Shown in pieces: positions 1 to 16,320 of a stretch of 64,000 nt of DNA. The position numbers and the translations under genes are program-made. Source of the stretch: Eledone cirrhosa (Eukaryota); assembly GCA_964016885.1 (NCBI GenBank), contig OZ024741.1, positions 369,768,001-369,832,000 of the forward strand, written 5' to 3'. Every line of letters begins with the position of its first letter. The stretch's first letter is position 1. The notes under the pieces are model-generated. The model was given only the letters and a program-made list of their open reading frames with translations, did no database searches and was not told where the DNA came from.

Positions 1-122
1 GTCGTCGTCGTTGTCATGATTGTCGTTGTTGTTGTCATTGTCGTCGTTGGTGTCATCGTCATCGTCATCATTGTCGTCGTCGTCATCATTGTCGTCGTTG
101 TTGTCATCGTCGTCGTTGTTGT
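1..122. repeat. (GTC/GTT/ATC)n trinucleotide low-complexity tract
   Basis: Direct reading: gtcgtcgtcgttgtcat... Confidence 0.9.
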
Positions 123-129
123 ATTTTCC

Positions 130-331
130 CAAATACTCACTGGAATGGATCTCAGTCGGTTTCGACAATGAGTGTCCCTGTTTCTGATCAACGGAATAGC
201 CTTTTCGTGACATTAACATGTAAGTGGCTGAGTATCTCACAGTCGCATGTACCGTTAACACAATTCTTAGGAGGATTCAGCATTACACTGAATATGACAT
301 AGCTGGCCCTTTGAATTACATGTAGCGTCAA
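130..331 (-). mobile_element. Diverged SINE fragment (cephalopod-type)
   Basis: gatcaacggaatagcc...aagtggctgag...gctggccctttgaattaca resembles, from memory, the antisense body of an abundant octopus SINE. A similar ~40-nt piece recurs at 755-795. Confidence 0.45.
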
Positions 332-352
332 TTATGTCACATAATATTTCTC

Positions 353-705
353 CAAGTACAGGTCGCTCTCCGACAGGTTTTCGGTCGTGCCCTTGGCAAT
401 GGAGACTTCTGGTGTCCTTGGCCCTAGGGCTACCGCCCTACTCACTACCATAGGTGCTGAGCTGGCCAGCCGCAGGTGTGAGCCTCGCGAGTTGGAATGG
501 CTCTTCCAGTGCATCTCCCTTACCATCCTCCGAGGAAATGCCTCCTTCTCCATTCTGTCCGCCGGGGCTGTATGGAGGCCAGTACGTGGGACCCCATTTG
601 CTCACCATACAGAGAGATGGGGAAGGCGCGAGAAATGGATGCGATGCCAGTGGGAGTTTGGCACTTCCACGTTCGGACCATATCCTTGTGATTGTGTTCA
701 TTATC
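353..705 (+). pseudogene. 3' fragment of a CRE-clade (restriction-like endonuclease) non-LTR retrotransposon
   Basis: Translation KYRSLSDRFSVVPLAMETSGVLGPRA...EPRELEWLFQCISLTILRGNA matches the CRE C-terminal pattern F.P.A.ET.G..G...Q.IS..I.RGNA. Confidence 0.7.
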
Positions 706-1239
706 TATAGAGTTCACTCAGAACATAGAGTGCCACAATAAACACTACAAAACGGACATGACATAGTTGGCCCTTTGGATTACAAGTACAGTCAATACGA
801 CGGGCTTCGAAACATGTTCTGCCTACCTAGTTTCACTCACATGGCATGGGTCAACCGGAAGATACGGTAAATGACATTTTCCCAAGATGCCATGCAATGG
901 AATCGGACCTGGGTCTTAATGATTGTGAAGCAAACTTCTTAATAATTTGGCCATGCTACGACTACAAGCCCTTAGTAATAGTTGGTTTAGAAACAACGTC
1001 TCTGTGGACAGTTAACGAGAGTACTCAGTAATCGATGAAACCCCCAACACGAAACTCGTCCGATTAATCTTCCTTACTGGGATCGATTTAATCTCGAAGG
1101 TTGTGTGACGTTTTACCCAAGTTAAAAACCATTGCCAGTGGATTAGCAGAATCGTTAGAGCGCCGGGCGAAATGTCTTGCGGTGTCTATAAAATTCATCT
1201 AGTATGTGCATAGGGGGAAAATCAGTATAGGTTTGCTTG

Positions 1240-2000
1240 ACAGCACGGAGATATATTTGATGGAGACAGCATGGAGATATGTGTAATGGAGACAGCACGG
1301 AGATATGTTTGTTGGAGACAGCACGGAGATATGTTTGATGGAGACAGCACGGAGATATGTTTGATGGAGACAGCACGGAGATATGTTTGATGGAGACAGC
1401 ATGGAGATATGTTTGATGACATTGAGATATATTTGATGGAGACATCACGGAGATATATTTGATGGAGACAACACGGAGATATGTTTGATGGAGACAACAC
1501 GGAGATGTGTTTGATGGAGACAGCATGGAGATATGTTTGATGGAGACAGCATGGAGATATATTTGATGGAGACAACACGGAGATATGTTTGATGGAGATA
1601 ACACGGAAATATGTTTGATGGAGTCAGCACGGCGATATGTTTGATGGAGACAGCACGGAGATATGTTTGATGGAGACAACACGGAGATATGTTTGATGGA
1701 GACAGCATGGAGATATGTTTGATGGAGACAACACGGAGATATATTTGATGACATTGTGATATATTTGATGGAGACAGCACGGAGATATATTTGATCGACC
1801 TGAAATAAATTTGATGACACTGATATATGTTTGATAGCCCGGAGATTTGTTTGATAAACCTGACATATGTTTGATGGACCTCAGTTATATTTGATAGATC
1901 TAAGACATGTTTTATTGATATGAGATATGCTTGATAGACTTGAGTTATGTCTGATGGCAGTGAATTATGTTTGATAGGCTTGAGATATATTTGACACACA
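1240..2000. repeat. 26-bp minisatellite (GGAGACAGCACGGAGATATGTTTGAT)n decaying into ~20-21-bp units
   Basis: gcacggagat recurs at 1321 and 1347 (period 26). The overlapping ORFs are translations of the repeat. Confidence 0.9.
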
Positions 2001-2027
2001 TGGAAATACAGTCATGATAATCTAATG

Positions 2028-3127
<1,100 letters not shown>

Positions 3128-3436
3128 CAATAAATAGTTGTAAATATGTTGGGAACACAAATAAGAATGATTGGATTTCCGTACTTAAACGGTTTTAAAA
3201 ATATATAAATATATAAATACATAAATAAAGCAATTATCATCAATATCAACAATATCAAAGTAGGAGAGTGGTAAGTGGAGGGGAAGGGGAGGAGAAAGCA
3301 GAGGTGAGGAGGGGTTGGACGTGGGGTGAAGAACGAGAAAAGTACAAAAGCTAAACAGAGTTTAACACACTCAAATACAGAAACAAAAATTACATTTGTA
3401 ACAACGTCAGATATTGGTAATTATATAAGCATTACC

Positions 3437-3508
<72 letters not shown>

Positions 3509-3510
<2 letters not shown>

Positions 3511-3998
3511 CGGCAATGAATTAGTTTTGCAAGGTTTTTTATATGAAATTGTGTGTCGAAACAAATATTGTTATACTTGGGGAGTGTCATATTTGTGTAA
3601 TATTGCCAGAATTAATAACAGAACACACTCACTGTTTGGTTGGTTTTCGCTTCTGTGTCTTTTATATCGGTAACCTAATTTACTCGGTCCTCAATGTTGC
3701 CATTGACTGACCGACGGTCAAAAATAATACAGACACAATATGGACACAATCACATATATATAGTTTATCATAAATCTTTCGTTGCACATTTGCAACATCG
3801 TCAGTGGTGTTATATTTTCCTCCTGTTGTGTTGTATGTCTACGCCATTTTTATTCAGACTGAATAAAAATGGCGTAGACATACCATACAACGGGAGGAAA
3901 TAATAGCACCATTGACGATGTTGCAGATGTGCAACGAAAGATTTATGATAAACTATATATATGTGTTTGTGTCCATATTGTATCTGTATTATTTTTGT
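3509..3998 (-). mobile_element. Fold-back PLE pLTR (family B) with HHR and the first codons of the ORF
   Basis: Palindrome centred on 3858 (arms ~3719-3857 / 3859-3998). Its reverse complement matches 50515-50805. The minus strand reads MTLPKYNNICFDTQFHIKNLAK from ~3590. HHR core CTGACGA..GAAA on the minus strand at 3777-3804. Confidence 0.85.
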
Positions 3999-4238
3999 CA
4001 TAGTTCTTTCGTCACACACTCTGTGACCTCTTCAGTGACTGGGGATTCCTTTCTTTGTTTCTGTGCCTCTCCTTTGTTCTGTCCTACGCCATGTTGTTTC
4101 TGTGTGTGTGTTGTGTGCTCAGTCTGCGCATGCGCCACATCCGGGTGTCTGTGTGTTTATGTTCATTTATTTATTTGTTTATTTACATGTTACTGGTTGG
4201 TTGTTTGTTCTATGTGTGTGTGTGTTTTCATTTTGTCC

Positions 4239-7200
4239 TTAATTGTAAGTTGTGATGTTGCTGTTCCACTCATATTTTCTATTTAATTTTGGTTGTAATT
4301 CTTTTATGTTTATTGCCTCTGTAATTTGTCTAAACATTGCGTCTTTTCTGTGTGTAGATTCTATTTTTATTTCTATGTTCTCTAATTTACCCTTGTGTTC
4401 TATTTTAGCATGTTGGTAGAGTACAGATGATTCTTTACTATCTTGAAGGTCTCGCCAGTGTTCATTTATCCGTTCCCCTACACTACGAGCTGTCTCACCT
4501 ATGTACACTATATTTTTGTCTCTACATTGTCCTTCAGTACATCTTATGCTATACACTACATTTCTAGTTTTACAGTTAATATGGGGGCTTATTTTACAGG
4601 TTATACATTTCTTATCTATACATCAGGGTCTTTGAAAAGGGTATGTCTTGCTAATAAGTGTTTTTACGGAGGTACCTGGTCTTTCTACTATCTTAATATT
4701 GAGTTTATGTTTATTTAGGGCCCTTCTAAATTTGTAAGCTAATTCACCTCTAGGGGTTGTATCGATGAACATTACACTCTGGTGGGTAATTGCTGGCCTT
4801 GTGCCTAAAGTAGAAACTGGTATTTATTGTTATCATACCATGAGTTTATTCTATTAGCCTTGTTCCTAGTTCTTTCTATTCTATTCCAAAATTTGCTTCT
4901 ATACAAGAGGCAGGTCCCATTTATGTCATTATTTACCATTTTTTCCCATTTGGTTCTAGCTCCTCTATACACTCTGATTTTATCTCTCTGATTGTAGCCA
5001 GAGAACTGCATACGGTGGATGAAGTGTTGTATGTGTCTCTCTAGTTCTTCGAGGTTGCACATGCGGGACACGTTTCTCATCACCCGTACCAAATCCGCAA
5101 TCAGCATGTTGATTTTGGTATGGTCCGAAACGGCCGAGTTTCGGTGGGTCAGATGTTTGGAAGTCATGAGTTTGGCATAATGAGAATGGAGGATTTGTTT
5201 TTTGTTGTTAACGGTATCTAACCAGAGCTCTGTGTCTAGTACAGGTAATTGATGGTTGGGGTGTTTACTTGGGGTGTAACTCTAATGCTCTGGTGGATGG
5301 AGTTAGCTATTTGCTGGATGCTTTCCATTGTGTTTTTCTCTAGTTCCTGACTGTTCTCTAGTGGGGGTGTCTTAACTACGATGTTTATATCATCAACGTA
5401 GCGGGAGTACATTATCAGGGTTAAGGGTCAATAGATGGGTACAGGGACACAACATCCATACTACCTATTATGCAGTTTGTTAGGTCCCTAGATCGGTTAC
5501 TCACGCCGATTCTACTGAGGAGGTCCTCCGTGCTGTCACATACATCTGGGGACATTTCAATGATGGGGCGTATGATCAGGGAGAGGAAGTAGGACAGTCT
5601 GTAGTTACTAGCAATGTTAGCTCCACAGACTGGCCGTGTTGGTGGTCCCGCGACAGGGTCACTGTCCGTTTTATGGTCTTTTCGAAGCCCATACAACGCT
5701 GGCACGTCATTGTTCCAGGCCTGGAAGTTGTTGGCAGTCCTTTTGTTGGGCTGCATTATATTCGTCCACATCACCATATGGGCATTGAGGGCTTTTTCTC
5801 TATCCTCATGCTCCTGTGGTGTTACCTCTCTTGTGTTAGTGATGTGGGGTTGCATTGCCTGGATGTAGTTTGGCAGGCTGTCAACCGACATTCTGCCAGA
5901 CTTGTCTGTTGGAAAGCATGCTATCTCTCCATTACGTGGGCGCTGCATGAGCTTACGCAAGCCATTTGCAGATTTTTCTTCCAGTTGCTGGGCCTCCATT
6001 CTATTATGCTTCTTGCTATACTGTTCTATAATATTTCTAAGTTCGGATCTAGCTATACTAAATTGTGCTTCTGTTTGTTCATCGACCTGCGACGGCAATT
6101 GCGTGCGTTTGTTAAATGGTAAAGTCGTGGCGTGGACTCGTCACAGGTCGAACGATTTATCGGAGGGATTATAAAATGTAGAGTTCCAGGCTGCTGCTTT
6201 ATGCGTACTAGTGCTATTGTTATTGTTAGTTGTGTTGTTTCTATTTCTATTTCCACCAACAGCCTCATGGTTGTTTCTATGTCTCTCATAATTACTCCTG
6301 TCTCTTTCCACTGGCTCATTGTTGTTATCTACCCTATTTTGTGTGTCTGTGTGTTCGTCTTGGTTATTTTCTTTGTCCTTAGTCTCCCTTCTCCTTTTAA
6401 TCCTATTACTTTCCCTTATTCCTGTGATTTCTGTGCTACTGTCATTACTTGTTTTCTGTGTCTGTGTGTTTGTTAAGATTGTGGTGGTGGTGAGAGGCAT
6501 TGAATGTGTGTGTGTTGTTGTTGTTGATGTGTGCTGTTGTTGATGTGTGTTGTTGTCTCCGTGTGTGTTATTATTGTTGTGTGTGTTGTTATTGTTGTTT
6601 GTGTCTGCGTGTCTGTTGTTGTTGTTTCTGGGTATGTTGTTATTGTTGTTGTTGTTGGTGTGTGTGTTGTTGTTATTGTTGTTTGTGTCTGTGTGTCTGT
6701 TGTTGTTGGGATGTGTGTTGTATATGTGTGTGCCTATATTGTTGCTTTTGTTTTTGTTTTTGTCTTTGAGGCTCCAGCGTAGTTTTGTAAATGATTTTTC
6801 TATTTCTGACAGACAACTAATCATATTTACCTTCTTGAATGTCGCAAATTTCGGGGGTAGACATAATACAGATATCTCATCGTCATCTATTACTGTGTTG
6901 CCGTATATATTTGTGTTGTTGTTGTTGCTGAACTCATCTGTTAATGAGGTGTCGGCCATATTTATACCGTCAATTTTGTCGGGATATCTATTGGTATTCT
7001 CTATAGTATCCTGATTTAGCTTTATCTGCTTAAGCCACTTTAGTTTCTTGTTAAAGTGCTTATCACATTCTTGAGCAATGTACTGTTCTTCAGGACGTAT
7101 AAGGGTTATAAATATTAGTTTCTCTCTTAGTGTGGTGATCCTAGCTATTTCTTGTATTAGGTTACACTTATGTTTTTCTTGATGACTTAATTCTCTATAG

Positions 7201-7502
7201 ATCTTCTTTTTTATGTTTAGAATTAGTGTTCGTTTTAGCCTATCTGCTTGTTTTTTGGTGAATTGTAATCTTCTTACGTCGGTGTTGATGGTGTTGGTGT
7301 AAACTCGGGACGAGGCACATTCTTTTATGAAGTGTAGTTGTCGAGATGTTATGGTTTTTCGTAGACAACAGAACATGGTGGTTTTCAGTATCTTGTTAGC
7401 CTGGCTAGGGCTTACGATATTTCGTTTCTGAATTTGTTTAGCAAGATTCTTTATCTGAAATCGTGTGTTGAAACCGATATTGTTATACTTTGGGAGGGTC
7501 AT
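4239..7502 (-). pseudogene. PLE polyprotein: N-terminal domain, Asn/Thr/His linker, RT, GIY-YIG endonuclease (disrupted)
   Basis: ATG at 7502 (MTLPKYNNIG). Motifs LPPKFA, TDKSGR, LYGLRKDHK, RPVCGA, DVVSLYPSID, YSRYVDD (~5390-5410), VYSIRC...YIGETARS..ERI.EH. Several frameshifts. Confidence 0.9.
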
Positions 7503-7807
7503 GTTGCCAATAAGAAACACACGCACCAGTTGCTTTCACTTCAATTTATTATAATAAATTTATAATAAATTTATAATAAATTTATAAATTTATAAATTTC
7601 TGGTTGGTTGGTTGGTTCCACAACCAGATAGTTGTTTATATATTGTCATAGTTCTTTCGTCACACACTCTGTGACCTCTTCAGTGACTGGGGGTTCCTTT
7701 CTTTGTTTCTGTGCCTCTCCTTTGTTCTGTCCTACGCCATTTTGTTTCTGTGTGTGTGTTGTGTGCAGAACAAAGGAGAGGCACAGAAACAAAGAAAGGA
7801 ATCCCCA

Positions 7808-7850
7808 GTCACTGAAGAGGTCACAGAGTGTGTGACGAAAGAACTATGAC
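7808..7850 (+). ncRNA. Minimal type I hammerhead ribozyme in pLTR A (minus-strand copies at ~3997-4039 and ~7645-7687)
   Basis: gtca-CTGAAGA-g-gtcaca/gagtg/tgtgac-GAAA-g-aa-c-TA|tgac: stems I and II pair and the core is canonical. Confidence 0.85.
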
Positions 7851-8016
7851 AATATATAAACAACTATCTGGTTGTGGAACCAACCAACCAACCAGAAATT
7901 TATAAATTTATAAATTTATTATAAATTTATTATGATAAATTGAAGTGAAAGCAACTGGTGCGTGTGTTTCTTAGTGGCAACATGACCCTCCCAAAGTATA
8001 ACAATGTGTATATATA

Positions 8017-8082
<66 letters not shown>

Positions 8083-8086
<4 letters not shown>

Positions 8087-8267
8087 AACAATAAGACCCC
8101 GACGGCTGAGCTCAAGCCGTTTCGACGGCTAATTCAGAATTAGCCGTCGAAACGGCTTGAGCTCAGCCGTCGGGGTCTTACTTGTTCCTATTACCCACTC
8201 TACTACCCTAAGTATTGAGTACTTTGGTGCGTTATGGTCCACCTGGTTCCTTACCACATTTCCTTCG

Positions 8268-8270
<3 letters not shown>
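8083..8270 (+). mobile_element. ~190-bp hairpin-headed element (family C), copy 1, in (TA)n
   Basis: ~53-bp inverted arms centred on 8136 plus an 80-bp tail. Homologous copies at 17634 and 20190. Confidence 0.9.
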
Positions 8271-11044
<2,774 letters not shown>

Positions 11045-11047
<3 letters not shown>

Positions 11048-11502
11048 AAAGTTCTATTTAAAATTGTTGGGATACAACAAGTAAATATTTTTATAACTGA
11101 TATAAGGCACTCGACAAGTATTTGGAGTAGATATACGATATTAATAAATGGAAACTATATTTATAAAACCATATTTATTTCATTATACATATTTCAGGGA
11201 TACCAAATTAAATTATGCCATGCCTTCATCAGAAAAAATACAATATATAACAGTTTTACAAATAATCTTTGACGTACCCTATTAAAATACAACCATTGTT
11301 TCTCGAAGTCATCCGGATAGTGCCGGATGACTTCCAGAAACAATGGTTGCATTTTAATAGGGTACGTCAAAGATTATTTGTAAAACTGTTATATATTGTA
11401 TTTTGTCTGATGAAGGCATACCATAATTTAATTTGGTATCCCTGAAATATGTATAATGAAATAAATATGGTTTTATAAATATAGTTTCCATTTATTAATA
11501 TC

Positions 11503-11508
<6 letters not shown>
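11045..11508. mobile_element. Fold-back pLTR-like element D with HHR, in (TA)n
   Basis: Arms ~11130-11317 / 11324-11508 with loop atagtg. CTGATGA at 11407, GAAA at 11444, and pairing atacc/ggtat between them. Confidence 0.85.
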
Positions 11509-11534
<26 letters not shown>

Positions 11535-11553
<19 letters not shown>

Positions 11554-11770
11554 AAAGGTAAACAGAAATAACAACACAATCGGTACAGTATATGGAAGGA
11601 ATATATTAGGTTAACGCTTGAAATAGCAGGAAGATGGTCTTAACGTTTCGGACGCTAGTCCTTCACCAGAAGAAAGAATGAGAAATAAGATAGATTGAAG
11701 GGACGGGCGTGGTGGAATTGGAAAAAATGTCTTTAGATAAAAATAGCAGGTCCATTCATGTTGGCATCTC
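11535..11770 (-). mobile_element. Solo pLTR-like fragment with an HHR variant
   Basis: Minus strand 11638-11673: tctt-CTGGTGA-aggac/tagc/gtcc-GAAACGTT-aaga. Confidence 0.6.
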
Positions 11771-11794
11771 ATATATATATATAAATATATATAT

Positions 11795-11889
<95 letters not shown>

Positions 11890-11891
<2 letters not shown>

Positions 11892-12110
11892 CGTACATAT
11901 ATGTATACACACACGCACACACATTATATATAAGCATGATACTCATAAGACTTTGGTTTTTTGCATCTCTGGTTTGTGTTGTCATTTCTTTAACTATATA
12001 TATATACATATATATATATATACACATACATGCAGGTATATAGACATACTTACAAAACAAGTGGTGAAAGGGTGTGAGGCGTGTGGAGGTGGTGGTTGGA
12101 TGGAGGGATA
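11890..12110. repeat. ~220-bp dispersed repeat with an inverted copy at 19397-19630
   Basis: aagcatgatactcataagactttgg...gtggtgaaagggtgtgaggcgtgtggagg is the reverse complement of sequence at 19397-19630. Confidence 0.85.
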
Positions 12111-12719
12111 TATATATATATTGGAAAATATGTGTAATCCTTGGTACAGTTAGGTATATTAAGACAGGGGGGAAGAAAAAATGGCTTCACTTGTGCTTTC
12201 AACAAATTTATTTTCTTCACAAAATCCAAAAAAGAATTTTTTTCCCGGATTAGAAAAAGAAAAAATTTTTTTTTTTCTTAAAAAAAATTATTTTATAAAT
12301 TAAGTTAGGTCTTAGGAGTTCTTGGTTAACGTAGGAGATATTGTTTCGTTTTTAGAACGACCTTTCATGCTGAGGTGCGCTTGTCAAATTGATGTGTATG
12401 TGGTGTGTTGTTCTATATATAGGGATTTAACATGTCTGTGGTGTGGTGCGGGTTTTTTCTCCCCCTTTTAATAAGTGTATGTGTGTAGTTGTGTTGAAAA
12501 AGTGTTAATAGCAGTAATGAGTTGAGACGATGAGTAGGGTTGGGTGGGGAGAAATGTAGCAAGTGCGGCCTGCCCCGGTCATTCTCGAAAAATTCCTTTA
12601 TTCAGGGGATTCCTTTGTGTTGAGAATGGTCACAGGCAAATCGCACCTGCCAAGTTTGTAAACAATTATTTTTTTCTGAAGAATTTTTATACGTCCATCC
12701 CAAAATTAGTCCTTTTTCA

Positions 12720-13915
<1,196 letters not shown>

Positions 13916-13998
13916 CACCGTTCACTCAGATATTCCTGTGTACACATAAGAAGAAGGGGGTGGGGTAGTGAAATGGAATTTTACCTCCGAGTGTTAAT

Positions 13999-16320
13999 TC
14001 ATTTTTTCGTGTTCAGTAGTGGTTTAAATTTTTCAATGAAGAATTCTTTATATCTGCGGAAATGTTCGTTATCCGACCATATCTTGAAGAAAGGGAAGAT
14101 TGTGAATTTTCCCTTCCCGCATGATGCAAAGTGTGCGCTACATGTGGTATTTCTGACTGTGGTGTCTTTAATTTGTTGTTTATGTACCCGGACTCTATCA
14201 TGTAATCCCGTTCCGGTTTCCCCAATGTAATACTCTTTACACTGTGGACATGTTGCGCAATATATTAGGTTTTTCGTTTTGCAGTTCATGTTTGCATTGA
14301 CCTTGAAATTATCATGGTTTTTGAAGGACAACTGTTTGCCCTCTTCGATGAGTTCACAGGTTCCACATCTAGGGTCCCCGCATTTCGTCACTTGCATTGA
14401 TTCCATGTTGGTCGTAAATTTTGCCTTGGTAATTAAATTTTTAAGGTTGGGTGCTTGGCGTCTGCTATAAATTATCTGTGTGTTTTTAAAGAGTGCATTC
14501 ATTTTGGTAGATTGCTGTAGAATCGGGAGATACTGCTTAGCAGTTTTCACAATGTTGATGTTCCCTGGGTTGTGAGTGATGACAAAAGAGATAGCAGGGT
14601 TTTCTTTTTTATGTTGTGGGTTTGGTTTTCTCAGTGTTGTTATTGGGATGTTCTTAGCCTTGGAGATGGCTGCGTTGATGAGTTTCATCGGGTATTCTTG
14701 TTTTTTAAGGAATTTTTTCAGGTCACATAATCTTTTTTCTTGTAGTACGGGGTGTGTTGCTATAGTGCAGATGCGCCTTGCCATGTTGAGGGGAATGTTC
14801 CTTTTCGTATGTGAGGGGTGTGCTGACCGGAAATTTAAGTATTGGTGTGTGTCAGTGGGTTTGCAAAATAGGTCCGTTATGATATTTTCCCCTTCTTTAA
14901 TGATGAGGATATCTAGAAAGGGCAGTTCTTTTTCGTTACATTCCATAGTGAATTGTATAGCTTCATGAAGCCTGTTTAAGATCGAATAACATTTTTGTAG
15001 GTCTGTTTGGCTTCTGTTCCAGAAGATGAAGCAGTCATCTAGGTAACGTTTCCAGTTTTTGTTAATGTAGAAGGCGAAGTCGTGACTTAATGTTATCTGT
15101 AGTTGGGAATATAATTTTGCCTCTAAGTGACCCATAACGAGCGTTGCATATGTAGGGGCCACTTTGGTACCCATGGCTGTTCCTTTTATTTGTAGATAAA
15201 GTTCGTTGTCAAAGAGGAAGTGGTTGTTTTCCAATACTAATTTAAGTCCTTCCAAGATGAATTCTTTGGGGAATCTTTCTGAAATGTGACTTGAGTGTTT
15301 TGTAATCCAGAAGTCCACAGCTTCAATCCCTAGGTCGTGTGGGATGTTAGTGTACAGGCTTATTACATCAAAACTGACTAGGATTGTAACCTGGTGTACT
15401 TTTTGGGGGATATAGTTAAGGAATTCCATATCATCTCTGATATAGCTTGGAACTTTTTTACATAGGGGTTTGAGTATGATGTCTAATACGTTGCTAAGAC
15501 GTTGTGTGCTTGAGGCTGGGACAGCAATAATGGGGCGTAATTTTAAGTCTGTCGGTTTTGGTGCTTCGATGTATGATGAATTTTTCCCTTTTATATTGTT
15601 TTGGATTTCTATGGATTTGTGAATTTTTGGTAATCCATAGAAATTGCTGGTTTTCATTTTGAAGTTGGTTATGTAATCTACTTCTTTTGGTGTTAGGTTG
15701 TTTTGGTACTTTGTTGTTAGTTTGCCTATTTGGTTCCTCGATTTCCTTTCTTCGTTTTTAGTGATTTTCCTGTAGAAGTTTTCGTCATTCAAGTGTGCTA
15801 GAACCATATCTTTGTAGTGGTTTGTGTCCATGATGACGATTGCGCCACCTTTGTCCGCTTCTTTTATTATTATTGAGGAATCCCTTTGTAGCTTGTTCAA
15901 TGCTAGTAGTTGGTCTGTAGGGATGTTGCGTTTGTGTTTCGTCTCGGCCGTATTTGTACGTGCTGATCGGCGAAGGCAGGTTATGTATTCCTCCAGGTAT
16001 TTATCTCTATTTAGCGGGGGTGTGAAGTTCTTTTTGTTTTTCACCAGTGATTCTTCCTCGTATTGTACACCCTGGAAGAATTCTCCTAAGCGTAATTTTC
16101 GACAGTATTCTTCTGTGTCTTTTATAACATCGGCTGTATCTGCTTTCGGAGTGGGAGTGAACTTCAGTCCATTTTCTAACAGTTGTATTTCTGGTTGTGT
16201 TAATTTCTTGGCTGATATATTGATTATTTTTGGTTCGATTGGTTCTTTCTCGTCAGGTGCCACTTGAGAGGTGGTGCTTTTTTCTTTTTTTCTTTCATTT
16301 GGTGCGAGGCCCCTAGTCCT
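13999..16320 (-). CDS. Neptune-like PLE RT plus GIY-YIG ORF2 (754 aa from GTG 16263; frame open back to the slippery site)
   Basis: [54 protein letters not shown], Cys linker [26 protein letters not shown]. Confidence 0.93.
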   Translation of the reverse strand, partial: RTRGLAPNERKKEKSTTSQVAPDEKEPIEPKIINISAKKLTQPEIQLLENGLKFTPTPKADTADVIKDTEEYCRKLRLGEFFQGVQYEEESLVKNKKNFTPPLNRDKYLEEYITCLRRSARTNTAETKHKRNIPTDQLLALNKLQRDSSIIIKEADKGGAIVIMDTNHYKDMVLAHLNDENFYRKITKNEERKSRNQIGKLTTKYQNNLTPKEVDYITNFKMKTSNFYGLPKIHKSIEIQNNIKGKNSSYIEAPKPTDLKLRPIIAVPASSTQRLSNVLDIILKPLCKKVPSYIRDDMEFLNYIPQKVHQVTILVSFDVISLYTNIPHDLGIEAVDFWITKHSSHISERFPKEFILEGLKLVLENNHFLFDNELYLQIKGTAMGTKVAPTYATLVMGHLEAKLYSQLQITLSHDFAFYINKNWKRYLDDCFIFWNRSQTDLQKCYSILNRLHEAIQFTMECNEKELPFLDILIIKEGENIITDLFCKPTDTHQYLNFRSAHPSHTKRNIPLNMARRICTIATHPVLQEKRLCDLKKFLKKQEYPMKLINAAISKAKNIPITTLRKPNPQHKKENPAISFVITHNPGNINIVKTAKQYLPILQQSTKMNALFKNTQIIYSRRQAPNLKNLITKAKFTTNMESMQVTKCGDPRCGTCELIEEGKQLSFKNHDNFKVNANMNCKTKNLIYCATCPQCKEYYIGETGTGLHDRVRVHKQQIKDTTVRNTTCSAHFASCGKGKFTIFPFFKIWSDNEHFRRYKEFFIEKFKPLLNTKK

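Larger units (their letters stand above)
3996..8004 (-). mobile_element. Penelope-like element, family A; frameshifted and internally deleted, with direct and inverted pLTRs
   Basis: pLTR 3996-4117 is repeated directly at 7644-7766. Segment 7480-7729 is inverted at 7766-8004. RT and GIY-YIG ORF pieces lie between. Confidence 0.9.

Noticed and set aside
1240-2000. CRISPR-like periodicity
   Set aside because: Contiguous tandem units without unique spacers, eukaryotic context, no cas genes.
8083-8190. Hairpins as rho-independent terminators or pre-miRNAs
   Set aside because: Eukaryotic repeat context; multi-copy and better explained as inverted pLTR fragments.
12335-12375. HHR in the full-length Neptune-like element
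   Set aside because: GAAAC and a short stem are present on the minus strand, but there is no acceptable CUGANGA core.
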